Positions 9,168 through 19,551 of a stretch of DNA of 32,000 nt are shown here, one piece after another (position 1 is the first letter of the stretch; each line of letters starts with the position of its first letter). Under the pieces are notes generated by a model. It was given only the letters and a program-made list of their open reading frames with translations, searched no databases and was not told the DNA's origin. Origin of the DNA: Alkalilimnicola ehrlichii MLHE-1. Lineage in GTDB: Bacteria; Pseudomonadota; Gammaproteobacteria; Nitrococcales; Halorhodospiraceae. The DNA lies in assembly GCF_000014785.1 (NCBI RefSeq), contig NC_008340.1, positions 1,530,001 to 1,562,000 of the forward strand, in the 5' to 3' direction. Position numbers and translations under genes: made by a program.

Positions 9168-9899
9168 ATGCGCGACCCGATAGACGATCCGCTCTCAGAG
9201 CAGCTCTCCGCGCTTGCTGACGGCGAACTCTCCCGGGAAGAGCTGCCGCTCCTGCTGGCCCGGCTCGACGAGTCGCCCGAGCGCCGGGCCCGTCTGGCCC
9301 GCTACTATCTGGCACGCGATGGCCTCCAGCGGGCCACGGGCGAGGGCATCGACCTGGGCCTTGCCGATCGGGTCCGGGATGCCCTGCGCGACGAGCCGGC
9401 GCACCGGCCGAGTCGGCGGCCCCTGCCCGGCAGCCATTACCTGCGGCCGGCGGCGGGCCTCGCCCTGGCCGCGTCGGTCGCGCTGGTGGGGGTCCTGGTC
9501 TGGCCGGGTGCGGGTGTCGACGAGGGCGGCGTGCCGGTGGCGCAGGACGGTGCCGGTGCGCAGGTGGCCGCACTGCCCGACGTCAGTCCGGACCTGATCG
9601 GCGACGTGCCGTCGCCCCCCGCCGAGCGGCCTGCCGCAGCCAGTGGTGGTGAGGCCGCCCTGGCGGGGCGTTCATTCCAGGGTGGACCACTGCTCTCGCC
9701 GGCCGCCGATGGTGACCTCCCGGCGCCATCCCGGCAGGGTTTCAGTGCGATCACCCAGGGCGAGTGGGATACCCTCGAGGGCAGTCAGGACCCGCTGCGC
9801 AGTTACATGATCAACCATGCGGAGCATGCCTCCACCGGGCGGATGGGAGGCGTTCTGAATTACGTACGTATCACTGGCAATGAAAGCGCCCGCGACTAG
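9168..9899 (+). CDS. rseA: Anti-sigma-E factor RseA/MucA
   Basis: N-terminal anti-sigma motif 'LSALADGEL', a central hydrophobic TM segment (LALAASVALVGVLVW), and a Pro/Ala-rich periplasmic part. Position directly after rpoE. Confidence 0.85.
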   Translation: MRDPIDDPLSEQLSALADGELSREELPLLLARLDESPERRARLARYYLARDGLQRATGEGIDLGLADRVRDALRDEPAHRPSRRPLPGSHYLRPAAGLALAASVALVGVLVWPGAGVDEGGVPVAQDGAGAQVAALPDVSPDLIGDVPSPPAERPAAASGGEAALAGRSFQGGPLLSPAADGDLPAPSRQGFSAITQGEWDTLEGSQDPLRSYMINHAEHASTGRMGGVLNYVRITGNESARD

Positions 9900-10899
9900 C
9901 CTGCCCGGTTCGCGCGACTGGTGCCGCGGACTCGCGGTGCTGATGCTGGCGCTGATCTCGGTCGGGGCCTGGGCCGACCAGGGTGACAACCCCGGGCTGC
10001 GCCTGCTGGAACGGATCGGCGAGCAAACCCCTCAACTGCATTACCACGGTATCCTGGTCTATCGCCATGGCGGCGACATGGAGACCCTCCGCATCATCCA
10101 CCGGGGCGGCGCTGAGCACGAGCGCAGCGAGCGTTTCTATACCCTCACCGGCATCCCCCGCGAGGTCATTCGCAAGCCCGACGAGGTCATCTGTATCCTG
10201 CCCGACGCCGAAGCCGTGGTGGTGGGCCGGCGACAGCTGCGCAATCCGATTGCCCAGGCCCTGCCCCGGTATACCGAGGCGCTGCAGGAGGCCTATGAGG
10301 TCACCCTGGCCGGCGAGGGTCGGGTGGCGGACCGGGATGCGCAACAGGTGCTGATCGTGCCCCGCGACGACCTGCGCTACGGCCACCGGCTCTGGATTGA
10401 CGAGGCCTACGGCCTGTTGCTGCGCGCCGATCTGCTGGACGAGCACCAGCAGGTGCTGGAGCAGGTCATGTTCACCGAGGTCACCGTGGTGGAGGCGGTG
10501 CCGGATGCCTGGCTGGAGCCGGGGATCAGTGGTGAGAGCTTCACCTGGGTGAGGCCGGCGGACCGAGCGGATGCCGCCCCGGAGCAGCGCCGTTGGCAGG
10601 TCGCCGAGGTGCCGCCCGGCTTTCGCCTAATCTCGCACCGCCAACGGCAGATCGCCGGTCACGACCCCCCCGTGGAGCACCTCCACTACAGTGACGGTCT
10701 GGCCTCGGTATCGGTCTATGTCTCCCCGCAGGCGGCCGACAAGGTCCGGGAGCGGGCGGCCAGAATGGGGTTGATGGGCGCGGTGCGCGTGCCCCGGGAC
10801 GGTTTCACCGTCACCGTGGTCGGCGAGGTGCCGCGTGCCACGCTGCACCTGTTCGCCGAGCGGCTGGCGGCCACCGGGGATGAGGGGGCTCGACCGTGA
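9880..10899 (+). CDS. rseB: Sigma-E regulatory protein RseB/MucB (periplasmic)
   Basis: Signal peptide (LAVLMLALISVGAWA), MucB/RseB-like length, and an N-terminal 'Y.G..VY......E...I.H' pattern. Overlaps the rseA end by 20 nt. Confidence 0.8.
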   Translation: MKAPATSLPGSRDWCRGLAVLMLALISVGAWADQGDNPGLRLLERIGEQTPQLHYHGILVYRHGGDMETLRIIHRGGAEHERSERFYTLTGIPREVIRKPDEVICILPDAEAVVVGRRQLRNPIAQALPRYTEALQEAYEVTLAGEGRVADRDAQQVLIVPRDDLRYGHRLWIDEAYGLLLRADLLDEHQQVLEQVMFTEVTVVEAVPDAWLEPGISGESFTWVRPADRADAAPEQRRWQVAEVPPGFRLISHRQRQIAGHDPPVEHLHYSDGLASVSVYVSPQAADKVRERAARMGLMGAVRVPRDGFTVTVVGEVPRATLHLFAERLAATGDEGARP

Positions 10900-11339
10900 T
10901 CGAACAACAGGCCACAGTGATGGCGCGCGATGGGGATCACGTCTGGGTCGAGGCGCACCGGCAATCGACCTGCAGCGGCTGCGCGGCCCAGTCGGGGTGT
11001 GGCACCGGGGCACTGGGGCGGTGGCTTCCCGGTGCGGTGACCCGCCTGCGGGTGGCCGACCCCCTGGGCGTCCGGCCCGGCGAGCAGGTGGTCATCGCGG
11101 TAGCGGAAGGGGCGGTTCTGCGTGGGTCGGTCATGGTCTATCTGGTGCCATTGCTGGGCCTACTGGGCGGGGCGCTGGCCGGGGAACAACTGAGCGCATG
11201 GCTTAGTCATACCGGTGATGTCCTGGCCCTTATGGGCGGCGTATCCGGGTTGTTACTGGGGTTCGCCCTGGCGCGTCGCGTCGGGGCCGACAGGGGCCAC
11301 CGCCACCGCATGCAGCCCGTGCTGGTGCGGCGGTGCTGA
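10896..11339 (+). CDS. rseC: RseC/MucC (SoxR-reducing system RseC family)
   Basis: 'V.......VWVE..R.S.CSGCAAQSGCG' cysteine motif followed by two TM helices. GTGA overlap with the rseB stop. Confidence 0.8.
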   Translation: MIEQQATVMARDGDHVWVEAHRQSTCSGCAAQSGCGTGALGRWLPGAVTRLRVADPLGVRPGEQVVIAVAEGAVLRGSVMVYLVPLLGLLGGALAGEQLSAWLSHTGDVLALMGGVSGLLLGFALARRVGADRGHRHRMQPVLVRRC

Positions 11340-11411
11340 GAGGTTACCGGCCGCCTTCCGGTCGGGGCGAATCACGGGCTTTGCCGAGCAGAACATTGAC
11401 GAGGTGTGGGG

Positions 11412-12857
11412 ATGAATAGACCGTCAAGCTACGGATACCTGGCTGCGCTGCTGGCGCTGGCCCTGCTGACGTTTGGCGCCAGCGCCGGCGCCAAGTCGCA
11501 TCTGCCGGACTTCACCGAACTGGTTGAGGAGAACAGCCCGGCAGTGGTCAATATCAGCACCCGCCAAACCCCCGAGAGCCGGGGCGGGAGCGGGCGTCTG
11601 CCGGACCATTTCGATATCCCGGAGGACCACCCGCTGCGTGATTTCATGGAGCGGTTCTTTGGCGAGCGGGGTGAGCGGCCACCCGAGCACGGCCAGCGCC
11701 GCCCGCGCTCTCTCGGGTCAGGTTTCATCATCTCCGAAGACGGGTATGTCCTGACCAATCACCACGTCATCGACGGTGCGGATGAGGTCAACGTCCGGCT
11801 GAGTGACCGGCGCGAGTTCGTGGCCGAGGTCATCGGCAGCGATGAGCGCAGTGACGTGGCGGTGCTCAAGATCGATGCCGAGGGGCTGCCCACGGTGCGC
11901 ATCGGCCAGTCCGACACGTTGCGCGTCGGCGAATGGGTGTTGGCCATCGGCTCGCCCTTCGGTTTTGAGCACTCGGCCACCGCCGGGATTGTCAGCGCCA
12001 AGGGGCGCAGCCTGCCCAGCGGCAACTATGTGCCCTATCTGCAGACCGATGTGGCGATTAATCCCGGCAATTCCGGCGGCCCGCTGTTCAACCTGGACGG
12101 TGAGGTGGTCGGCATCAACTCCCAGATCTATAGCCGCACCGGCGGTTTCATGGGGGTCTCCTTCTCCATCCCCATCGAGCTGGCCATGGACGTGGCCACC
12201 CAGCTGCGGGAGACCGGGCGTGTGGCTCGGGGCTGGCTCGGGGTGATCATCCAGGACGTCACCCGGGACCTGGCCGAGTCGTTCGATATGGACCGGCCGC
12301 GTGGCGCCCTGGTGGCCCAGGTGCTTTCGGACAGCCCGGCCCTTGAGGCGGATCTGCAACCCGGCGATATCATCGTCGAGTTCGACGGCGAGGCGGTGGA
12401 GACCTCCGGCAGCCTGCCGCCGATGGTGGGGGCTACGCCGGTGGGTGCGGAGGTGCAGGTAAAGGTGCTGCGCGAGGGCCGCGAGGTGATGGTTGATGTC
12501 ACCATCGGCGAGCTGCCCGAGGAGCAGGCGCGGGCCCAGCGCCCGCCCCGGGGTGAGCCGGAGCGTGCGCCGGATACCGCCGCGGAGCGACTGGGGCTGC
12601 GGGTGGAGCCGGTGCCCGCCGAGCGCCTGGAGGAGCTGCGCGTCGACAGTGGTGTGCTGGTCCGGCGCGTGGAGAGCGGCCCGGCGCGGGAGGCCGGCAT
12701 CCGCCCCGGTGATGTGATCACCTCCATCGATCAGCAGTCCGTGGAAGGCGTGGAGCAATTCGCAGAGTTGGTCGAAGGCCTGGCCTCCGGGCGCAGTGTC
12801 CCGGTGCTGGTGCTGCGGGAGGGGGGGGCGCGTTTCTTCGCCCTGCGTATCCCCTGA
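11412..12857 (+). CDS. mucD: Periplasmic serine endoprotease DegP/MucD (HtrA family, two PDZ domains)
   Basis: Signal peptide. Catalytic triad contexts 'LTNHHVI', 'DVAVLKI' and 'GNSGGPLFN'. Two PDZ-like repeats ('GD.I..') are present. The position after rseC matches Pseudomonas algU-mucABCD. ATG at 11412 preferred over GTG at 11406. Confidence 0.9.
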   Translation: MNRPSSYGYLAALLALALLTFGASAGAKSHLPDFTELVEENSPAVVNISTRQTPESRGGSGRLPDHFDIPEDHPLRDFMERFFGERGERPPEHGQRRPRSLGSGFIISEDGYVLTNHHVIDGADEVNVRLSDRREFVAEVIGSDERSDVAVLKIDAEGLPTVRIGQSDTLRVGEWVLAIGSPFGFEHSATAGIVSAKGRSLPSGNYVPYLQTDVAINPGNSGGPLFNLDGEVVGINSQIYSRTGGFMGVSFSIPIELAMDVATQLRETGRVARGWLGVIIQDVTRDLAESFDMDRPRGALVAQVLSDSPALEADLQPGDIIVEFDGEAVETSGSLPPMVGATPVGAEVQVKVLREGREVMVDVTIGELPEEQARAQRPPRGEPERAPDTAAERLGLRVEPVPAERLEELRVDSGVLVRRVESGPAREAGIRPGDVITSIDQQSVEGVEQFAELVEGLASGRSVPVLVLREGGARFFALRIP

Positions 12858-12863
12858 CCGCAC

Positions 12864-12882
12864 AGCCGGCAGAAAACCGGCT
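12864..12882 (+). terminator. Short stem-loop after mucD (AGCCGG-cagaaaa-CCGGCT); possible weak terminator or attenuator
   Basis: Perfect 6-bp inverted repeat 7 nt after the mucD stop. There is no U-tract, so function is uncertain. Confidence 0.25.
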
Positions 12883-12980
12883 CGGGAACAGGTAGAATGG
12901 GCGCGCTTCCGTCAGGAGGCGCGCCCAAACTCGTTACCGGGCCGCGCTTTCGGAGCCCATCCAGTCATAGCAGGGTGTAC

Positions 12981-14780
12981 ATGAACCGCATTCGCAACTT
13001 CTCGATCATCGCCCACATCGACCACGGCAAATCCACCTTGGCCGACCGCTTCATCCAACACAGTGGCGCGTTGAGCAACCGGGAGATGGCCGAACAGGTG
13101 CTCGACTCCATGGATTTGGAGCGCGAGCGCGGCATCACCATCAAGGCCCAGAGCGTCTCCCTGGAGTACCGGGCAAAGGACGGGCAGACCTACGAGCTTA
13201 ACTTTATCGACACCCCCGGCCACGTGGACTTCTCCTACGAAGTGTCGCGCTCGCTGTTCGCCTGTGAGGGCGCGCTGCTGGTGGTGGATGCCTCCCAGGG
13301 GGTGGAGGCGCAGAGTGTGGCCAACTGCTACACGGCGGTGGACCAGGGCCTGGAGATCATCCCGGTGCTGAACAAGATCGATCTGCCCTCTTCGGATCCG
13401 CAGCGGGTGATCCAGCAGATCGAGGAGATCATCGGGCTAGACGGCGAGGAGGCGCTGAAGATCAGTGCCAAGACCGGCGAGGGGATCGAAGAGCTGCTGG
13501 AGGCGCTGGTGCAGCGGGTGCCAGCCCCCAAGGGGGACCCGGAGGCAGCGCTGAAGGCGCTGATCATCGACTCCTGGTTTGACAACTACCTGGGGGTGGT
13601 GGCTTTGGTCCGGGTCTTCGACGGCGCGCTGAAAAAGGGCGATCGGATCCGCGTCATGTCCACGGGCCGGGAGTTCCAGGTGGACGAGCTGGGCTTTTTT
13701 ACCCCCAAGCGGGTGCTGCGTGACCGGCTGGACACCGGCCAGGTCGGCTTCGTGGTGGCCGGGATCAAGGACATCGACGGGGCGCCGGTGGGCGACACCC
13801 TGACTTCGGCGCAGAAGCCGGCGGACAGCCCGGTACCCGGTTTTAAGAAGGTGCAGCCAAGGGTGTTCGCGGGCGTCTTTCCCACCAGCTCGGACGACTT
13901 CGAGAACTTCCGGACCGCACTGGAGAAGTTGCGTCTGAACGATGCCTCCCTGCATTTCGAGCCGGAGACCTCGCAGGCCTTGGGCTTCGGTTTCCGTTGC
14001 GGCTTCCTCGGCATGTTGCACATGGAGATCGTCCAGGAGCGTCTGGAACGCGAGTACGGCCTGGACCTGATCACCACCGCCCCCACCGTGGTCCATGAAG
14101 TGCTCACCACCGACGGCGAGACGCTTTATATCCACAACCCTTCTGAGCTGCCGGCGCCGAACAAGATCGAGGACATCCGCGAGCCCATTATCGCGGCCAG
14201 CATCCTGGTGCCCGAGGAGCACGTGGGCAATGTCATCAAGCTCTGCGTGGAGAAGCGCGGGGTGCAGAAAGAGATGCAGTACGTCGGCAACCAGATCTCG
14301 CTGGTGTATGAGATGCCTATGGGCGAGGTGGTGCTCGATTTCTTCGACCGGCTCAAGTCGGTCTCCCGGGGGTTTGCCTCCTTTGACTATGAATTCAAGC
14401 GCTTCCAGTCCGCCGATCTGGTGAAGGTGGACGTGCTGATCAATGGTGACAAGGTGGACGCCCTGGCGGTGATCGTGCACCGCGATCAGGCCCAGAGCCG
14501 CGGCCGGGAGTTGACCGACAAGCTCAAGGAGATCATCCCGCGGCAGATGTTCGAGGTGGCGATCCAGGCCGCCATCGGCAACCACGTCATTGCCCGCAGC
14601 ACCGTCAAGGCGCTGCGCAAGAACGTAACCGCCAAGTGCTACGGTGGCGATATCAGTCGTAAACGCAAGTTGCTGGAGAAACAGAAGGCGGGCAAGAAGC
14701 GCATGAAGCAAGTCGGTAAGGTCGAGATCCCGCAGGAGGCGTTCCTGGCCGTACTGCAGGTGGACAACAAAAAGTCATAG
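12981..14780 (+). CDS. lepA: Elongation factor 4 (LepA)
   Basis: '[20 protein letters not shown]', 'DTPGHVDF', 'NKIDL', and a LepA-specific C-terminal region. Start trimmed from 12897 to the ATG at 12981 (MNRIRNF). Confidence 0.95.
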
Positions 14781-14791
14781 GGAAGACGCCC

Positions 14792-15565
14792 GTGAATCTG
14801 GATTTTGAACTCCTGCTCGTGCTGCTGACCCTGGTCACCGGCGTGATCTGGGCCTGGGACCGGTTCTACCGGCGCCGACGGCTGCCGGAGGCCGAGCGCG
14901 ACCAGCCGCCGCCCTGGTATATCGACTTCCCCAAGTCGCTGTTCCCGGTGATCCTGGCGGTCCTGCTGATCCGTGGGTTCGTCGCCGAACCCTTCCGGAT
15001 TCCCTCCGGGTCCATGGTGCCCACCTTGCTTACCGGCGACTTCATCCTGGTCAACAAGTCCTCCTACGGCCTGCGCTGGCCGGTGCTCGGTACTCGCATC
15101 ATGGGCAACGGGGCGCCGGAGCGGGGCGAGGTGGCGGTGTTCAAGTACCCGGTGGACCCGGGCCAGGACTACATCAAACGGGTGGTCGGGCTGCCGGGGG
15201 ACACCGTCGCCTACCAGGACAAGACGCTGTATGTGAACGGCGAGCCGGTGGCCCGTGAGGCGCTGGGGCAGTATGACAGCCTGCACGCCGATAGCCTGGC
15301 AACCCTTTACCAGGAGAGCCTGGATGCCGGGGAGTACCATGTGCTGCTGCACGAGCGCTCGCCCTCCGGGGAACTCCACGAGGTCACCGTGCCTGACGAC
15401 ATGTACTTTACCCTGGGCGACAACCGTGATCGGAGTGCCGATAGTCGGATGTGGGGTTTCGTGCCCGACGACTACCTGGTGGGGCGGGCCTTCCTTATCT
15501 GGATGAGCTGGGATGTGCATAATAACCGGGTTGATTGGGGCCGGATTGGCGAGCGCATCCAATAA
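14792..15565 (+). CDS. lepB: Signal peptidase I
   Basis: 'F.IPSGSM.PTL..GD...V.K', 'YIKRV.GLPGD' and 'GDNRD.S.DSR..G.V' boxes. GTG start. Confidence 0.9.
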   Translation: MNLDFELLLVLLTLVTGVIWAWDRFYRRRRLPEAERDQPPPWYIDFPKSLFPVILAVLLIRGFVAEPFRIPSGSMVPTLLTGDFILVNKSSYGLRWPVLGTRIMGNGAPERGEVAVFKYPVDPGQDYIKRVVGLPGDTVAYQDKTLYVNGEPVAREALGQYDSLHADSLATLYQESLDAGEYHVLLHERSPSGELHEVTVPDDMYFTLGDNRDRSADSRMWGFVPDDYLVGRAFLIWMSWDVHNNRVDWGRIGERIQ

Positions 15566-15605
15566 GCGCCCGGTGCGCCTGCATCCATCACCAGGGAGCG
15601 CAAGT

Positions 15606-15986
15606 ATGACGAGCAGTCTCCGTCGGCAAGAGGGCATGGGGTTCCTCGGCATCATCGCCGTGCTGGCCGTGGTCGGTTTCATTGGCCTGCTGGGGGTGCG
15701 AATGGTGCCCATCTACCTGGAGGCGAATACCGTGCGCGGCATCGTCCAGGGTATGCAGGACGACCCGGCCATGCGGGGGGCCTCCCACCGGGAGATCCGC
15801 CAGCGCCTGGCGCGCCAGTTCCAAGTCAACAACGTGAGCGGGCCGGACCTGGATGAAGACCTGGTCTTCGAGCGGATGGCCGGGGGTACCTCGGTACAGC
15901 TCCGTTACGAGGTGCGCTTCCCGGTCATTGCCAACCTCGACGGGGTTGCGGCTTTCGAGACCTCGGCCGTGGTGCCCGGAGACTGA
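15606..15986 (+). CDS. DUF4845-family small membrane protein (conserved lepB-rnc spacer gene)
   Basis: 126 aa with an N-terminal TM helix (FLGIIAVLAVVGFIGLLGV) and the same position as the hypothetical gene between lepB and rnc in Pseudomonas. Start chosen at the ATG at 15606, which has GGGAG upstream. Confidence 0.65.
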   Translation: MTSSLRRQEGMGFLGIIAVLAVVGFIGLLGVRMVPIYLEANTVRGIVQGMQDDPAMRGASHREIRQRLARQFQVNNVSGPDLDEDLVFERMAGGTSVQLRYEVRFPVIANLDGVAAFETSAVVPGD

Positions 15987-16672
15987 TGCCAACGCCCAAG
16001 GACGCCCTGCAGGACCGGTTGGGGTACCGCTTTCGCCGGCCGGAGTTGTTGGACGAGGCGCTCACCCACCGCAGTGTCACCGGCCCCGACAACGAACGGC
16101 TGGAGTTCCTCGGCGACGGCATCCTCAACTTTGTCATCGCCGATGAGCTGTACCACCGTCGCCCCGACGCCACCGAGGGGGTGTTGAGCCGGCTGCGTGC
16201 CACCCTGGTCAACGGCCGGACCCTGGCGGAGATCGGCAAGGGCTTGGACGTGGGCACGGCCCTGCGCCTGGGCGGCGGCGAGATGAAGAGCGGAGGGCAA
16301 CGCCGGAAGTCCATCCTGGCGGATGCGGTGGAGGCGCTGTTCGGGGCCATCTACCTGGACGGGGGTTTCGACCCGAGCCGGGAGACCATTCTGCGGCTCT
16401 ACCGGGACCGCCTGGCATCCCTGCCCACGGAGGCGGAACTCAAGGACCCCAAGACCCGTCTGCAGGAGCATCTGCAGGCGGGGCGCCGGCCCCTCCCGCG
16501 CTATGAGGTGCTGGAGGTCAGTGGCCAATCCCATGATCAGACCTTCCGCGTGGCCTGCCGACTGCAGGACGCGGCGGTCACCGCCGAAGGCGAGGCCGGC
16601 AGCCGGCGCAAGGCGGAACAACAGGCCGCGGAGCAGATGCTGAAGCGGTTGGAGGACAAGCATGAGCGATGA
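15986..16672 (+). CDS. rnc: Ribonuclease III
   Basis: RNase III signature 'ERLEFLGDGILNFVIA' plus a C-terminal dsRBD ('G..H.Q.F.V.C....' and 'SRRKAEQQAAEQML'). 1-nt TGATG overlap with the upstream ORF. Confidence 0.95.
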   Translation: MPTPKDALQDRLGYRFRRPELLDEALTHRSVTGPDNERLEFLGDGILNFVIADELYHRRPDATEGVLSRLRATLVNGRTLAEIGKGLDVGTALRLGGGEMKSGGQRRKSILADAVEALFGAIYLDGGFDPSRETILRLYRDRLASLPTEAELKDPKTRLQEHLQAGRRPLPRYEVLEVSGQSHDQTFRVACRLQDAAVTAEGEAGSRRKAEQQAAEQMLKRLEDKHER

Positions 16673-17609
16673 ACCCAGGCCTGCCGAGGGGCAGCCGGCC
16701 GGGCTGAGCGACGAACTGCCCTTGATCCGGTGCGGGCACGTGGCCCTGGTTGGGCGGCCCAACGTGGGCAAATCCACCCTGCTCAATCAGCTACTGGGCC
16801 AGAAGATTAGCATCGTCACCCGGAAACCGCAGACCACCCGGCAGCGTATTCTCGGTGTCTGTCACCGGGACGGCGCGCAGATTGTCTACGTGGACACGCC
16901 GGGGCTGCACCAGCGCCGCGACAAGGCCCTCAACCGCTATCTCAACCGGACGGCCGCCAATGCCCTGGCCGATGTCGACTTGGTGGTCTTCCTGGTGGAC
17001 CGGTTGCACTTCAAGCCCGAGGATGAGGCGGTCCTGGAGCGGCTGAAGCGAAGGGATGTGCCGGTGATCCTGGCCATCAACAAGGTCGACCGACTACGCG
17101 ACAAGGCCCAATTGCTGCCACATATTCAGTGGTTGAGTGAGCAGCACCCGTTCGTGGAGGTGGTACCGCTGTCCGCGCTCAAGGGCGAGAACCTGGCGCC
17201 TCTGGAGGAGGCGATCCTACGCCAGCTGCCGGAGTCGCCGCCCCTGTTCCCGGAGGACTACATCACCGATCGCGGGCCGCGTTTTCGCATCGCCGAGTTG
17301 ATCCGCGAGCAGCTCATGCGCCACCTGGGCGAAGAGCTGCCCTATGCCACCGCCGTGGAGGTCGAGGCCATGGACCAGGAGGGGCAACTGACCCGCATCA
17401 GCGCGCTGATCTGGGTGGAACGTCCGGGGCAGAAGGCCATTGTCATCGGCGACGGCGGCCAACGGCTGAAGGTGATCGGTTCGCGGGCGCGCCAAGAGAT
17501 TCAGCAGCTTCTGGGCGGCCGGGTCTTCCTGCAATTGTGGGTCAAGGTGCGCGAGGGCTGGTCGGACGACGAACGGGCCCTGCAGAGCCTCGGTTACGAG
17601 GGCGACTGA
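16662..17609 (+). CDS. era: GTPase Era
   Basis: G1 'GRPNVGKSTL', 'DTPG', 'NKVD', and a C-terminal KH domain. Overlaps the rnc end by 11 nt. Confidence 0.95.
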   Translation: MSDEPRPAEGQPAGLSDELPLIRCGHVALVGRPNVGKSTLLNQLLGQKISIVTRKPQTTRQRILGVCHRDGAQIVYVDTPGLHQRRDKALNRYLNRTAANALADVDLVVFLVDRLHFKPEDEAVLERLKRRDVPVILAINKVDRLRDKAQLLPHIQWLSEQHPFVEVVPLSALKGENLAPLEEAILRQLPESPPLFPEDYITDRGPRFRIAELIREQLMRHLGEELPYATAVEVEAMDQEGQLTRISALIWVERPGQKAIVIGDGGQRLKVIGSRARQEIQQLLGGRVFLQLWVKVREGWSDDERALQSLGYEGD

Positions 17610-17613
17610 GCCC

Positions 17614-18357
17614 ATGAGCGGGGACCGGGTGCTGGTTCAGCCGGCGTGGGTGCTGCACCGCCGGCCCTGGAGCGAGAGCAGCCTGATCGTGGAGCTGTTC
17701 AGCCGCGACTTCGGCCGGATCGGTGCGGTGGCGCGGGGCGGGCGCAACAGCCGGCGCTGGCGCGGCTTGCTGGAGCCCTTCAGCCCCGTACTGGCCAGTT
17801 GGCAGGGCCGCGGTGAACTCCGCAGTCTGGTGGCCGCGGAACCCGACGGGGCACGCCCGGCGCTCGCCGGGGCGGCCCTGGCCAGCGGCTTTTACCTCAA
17901 TGAGCTGCTGCTGCGCCTGCTGCGCCGGGACGATCCCCACCCCGAACTCCACCCCCTTTACGGCGACACCCTCAACCGTCTTCCCGACGAGGCGGCCTTG
18001 CGGGGCTTCGAGTGCCGGCTGTTGGAGGCGCTGGGCTACGGCCTGCTCTTGCTGGAGGACATGGGGGGTGAGCCGGTGCACGGCGAGGCCCACTACCGGT
18101 ATCATCTCGAGCATGGCCCGGAGCGTCTGGCCGCGGTGCCGGAGGCGGGGGAGGGCCTACTGGTTCGCGGGCGGACCCTGCTGGCGCTGGCGGGCCGGGA
18201 GGCACTGGCCGGCCCATCGCTGCCCGAGGCGCGCCGCCTGATGCGTGCGGCGCTGTCCCTCTACCTGGGCGATCGGCCCCTGCAGAGCCGTGCCCTGTAC
18301 CGCCAGTTGGCCCGCACCCCCCGCGCCGCGACCCCGGCCTCACCCAATGATCACTGA
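17614..18357 (+). CDS. recO: DNA repair protein RecO
   Basis: N-terminal OB-fold pattern ('[21 protein letters not shown]...VARG.R') and position after era. Confidence 0.85.
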   Translation: MSGDRVLVQPAWVLHRRPWSESSLIVELFSRDFGRIGAVARGGRNSRRWRGLLEPFSPVLASWQGRGELRSLVAAEPDGARPALAGAALASGFYLNELLLRLLRRDDPHPELHPLYGDTLNRLPDEAALRGFECRLLEALGYGLLLLEDMGGEPVHGEAHYRYHLEHGPERLAAVPEAGEGLLVRGRTLLALAGREALAGPSLPEARRLMRAALSLYLGDRPLQSRALYRQLARTPRAATPASPNDH

Positions 18358-19132
18358 CCAGGAGGACATAGCCATCGTGCCCCAGGACGATCCCGCGGAC
18401 CGCCCCCTGTTATTGGGGGTCAACATCGACCACGTGGCCACGCTGCGCCAGGCCCGCGGCACCGCCTATCCCGACCCGGTGCAGGCGGCCTTCGCGGCGG
18501 AGCAGGCCGGCGCCGATCTGATCACGGTCCATCTGCGCGAGGACCGGCGCCACATTCAGGACCGGGATGTGGCGCTGCTGGCGCAGACCGTCCAGACGCG
18601 GATGAACCTGGAGATGGCGGTCACCGACGAGATGCTGCGCATCGCCACCGAACTGCGGCCCTCGGACTGCTGCCTGGTGCCGGAGCGGCGGGAGGAGCTC
18701 ACCACCGAGGGTGGCCTGGACGTCCAGGCCCAACCGGACCGGATCGCCGAGGCCTGCGCCCGGCTGGGTGAGGCGGGGATACGGGTGTCGCTGTTTATCG
18801 ACCCCGACCCCGAGCAGGTGGAGGCGGCTGCCCGGGTCGGTGCGCCGGTGGTGGAGCTGCACACCGGCGCCTGGGCCGAGGCGGGCAACCCGCGGGATGC
18901 CCGGGTGGAACTGGAGCGGCTGCGCACCGCAGTGGGTCACGGGCTCCAGTGCGGCCTGCAGGTGAATGGCGGGCACGGACTGCACTATCACAATGTGCAG
19001 CCGGTGGCGGCCATCACCGGCGTGCGGGAGCTCAACATCGGCCACGCCATCATCGCCCGTGCGGTCTTCTCCGGTCTGCCCGATGCGGTGCGGGAGATGA
19101 AACGCCTGATGCGGGAGGCCCGTCAGCTATGA
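18347..19132 (+). CDS. pdxJ: Pyridoxine 5'-phosphate synthase
   Basis: '[23 protein letters not shown]', '[15 protein letters not shown]' and 'NLEMA'. Start uncertain: ATG at 18347, or in-frame GTG at 18377 with GGAGG 11 nt upstream. The ORF-track start at 18245 is an over-extension. Confidence 0.9.
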   Translation: MITDQEDIAIVPQDDPADRPLLLGVNIDHVATLRQARGTAYPDPVQAAFAAEQAGADLITVHLREDRRHIQDRDVALLAQTVQTRMNLEMAVTDEMLRIATELRPSDCCLVPERREELTTEGGLDVQAQPDRIAEACARLGEAGIRVSLFIDPDPEQVEAAARVGAPVVELHTGAWAEAGNPRDARVELERLRTAVGHGLQCGLQVNGGHGLHYHNVQPVAAITGVRELNIGHAIIARAVFSGLPDAVREMKRLMREARQL

Positions 19133-19515
19133 TCGTGGGACTGGGCACCGATCTGGTGGAGATCGCCCGGATGGAGCGCCTGCTGGCCCGCCACGGCGAC
19201 CGGGCGCTGACGCGCCTGCTCCATGTCCAAGAGCGGGCCGAGTGCCCGCGCGCGCCCGATCGGGCGGCCCGCTTCCTCGCCCGCCGCTTTGCGGCCAAGG
19301 AGGCCGCGGCCAAGGCCCTGGGTACCGGTATCGCGAACGGCATTCGCTTTGCCGACCTGCAGGTCAGCCACGACGACCGGGGCCGCCCGCTGCTTAACCT
19401 GCACGGCGAGGCTCGCCAGCACGCCCAGGCGCTGGGCGCGACCGGCCATCACCTGAGTATCAGCGACGAACAAACCCATGCCCTGGCCTTTGTGGTGCTG
19501 GAGTCCAGCGATTAA
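19129..19515 (+). CDS. acpS: Holo-[acyl-carrier-protein] synthase
   Basis: '[13 protein letters not shown]' and '[14 protein letters not shown]'. ATGA overlap with the pdxJ stop. Confidence 0.9.
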   Translation: MIVGLGTDLVEIARMERLLARHGDRALTRLLHVQERAECPRAPDRAARFLARRFAAKEAAAKALGTGIANGIRFADLQVSHDDRGRPLLNLHGEARQHAQALGATGHHLSISDEQTHALAFVVLESSD

Positions 19516-19551
19516 GCCGCATCCGGTCGGGCAAGCAGATTGGATACCCAA

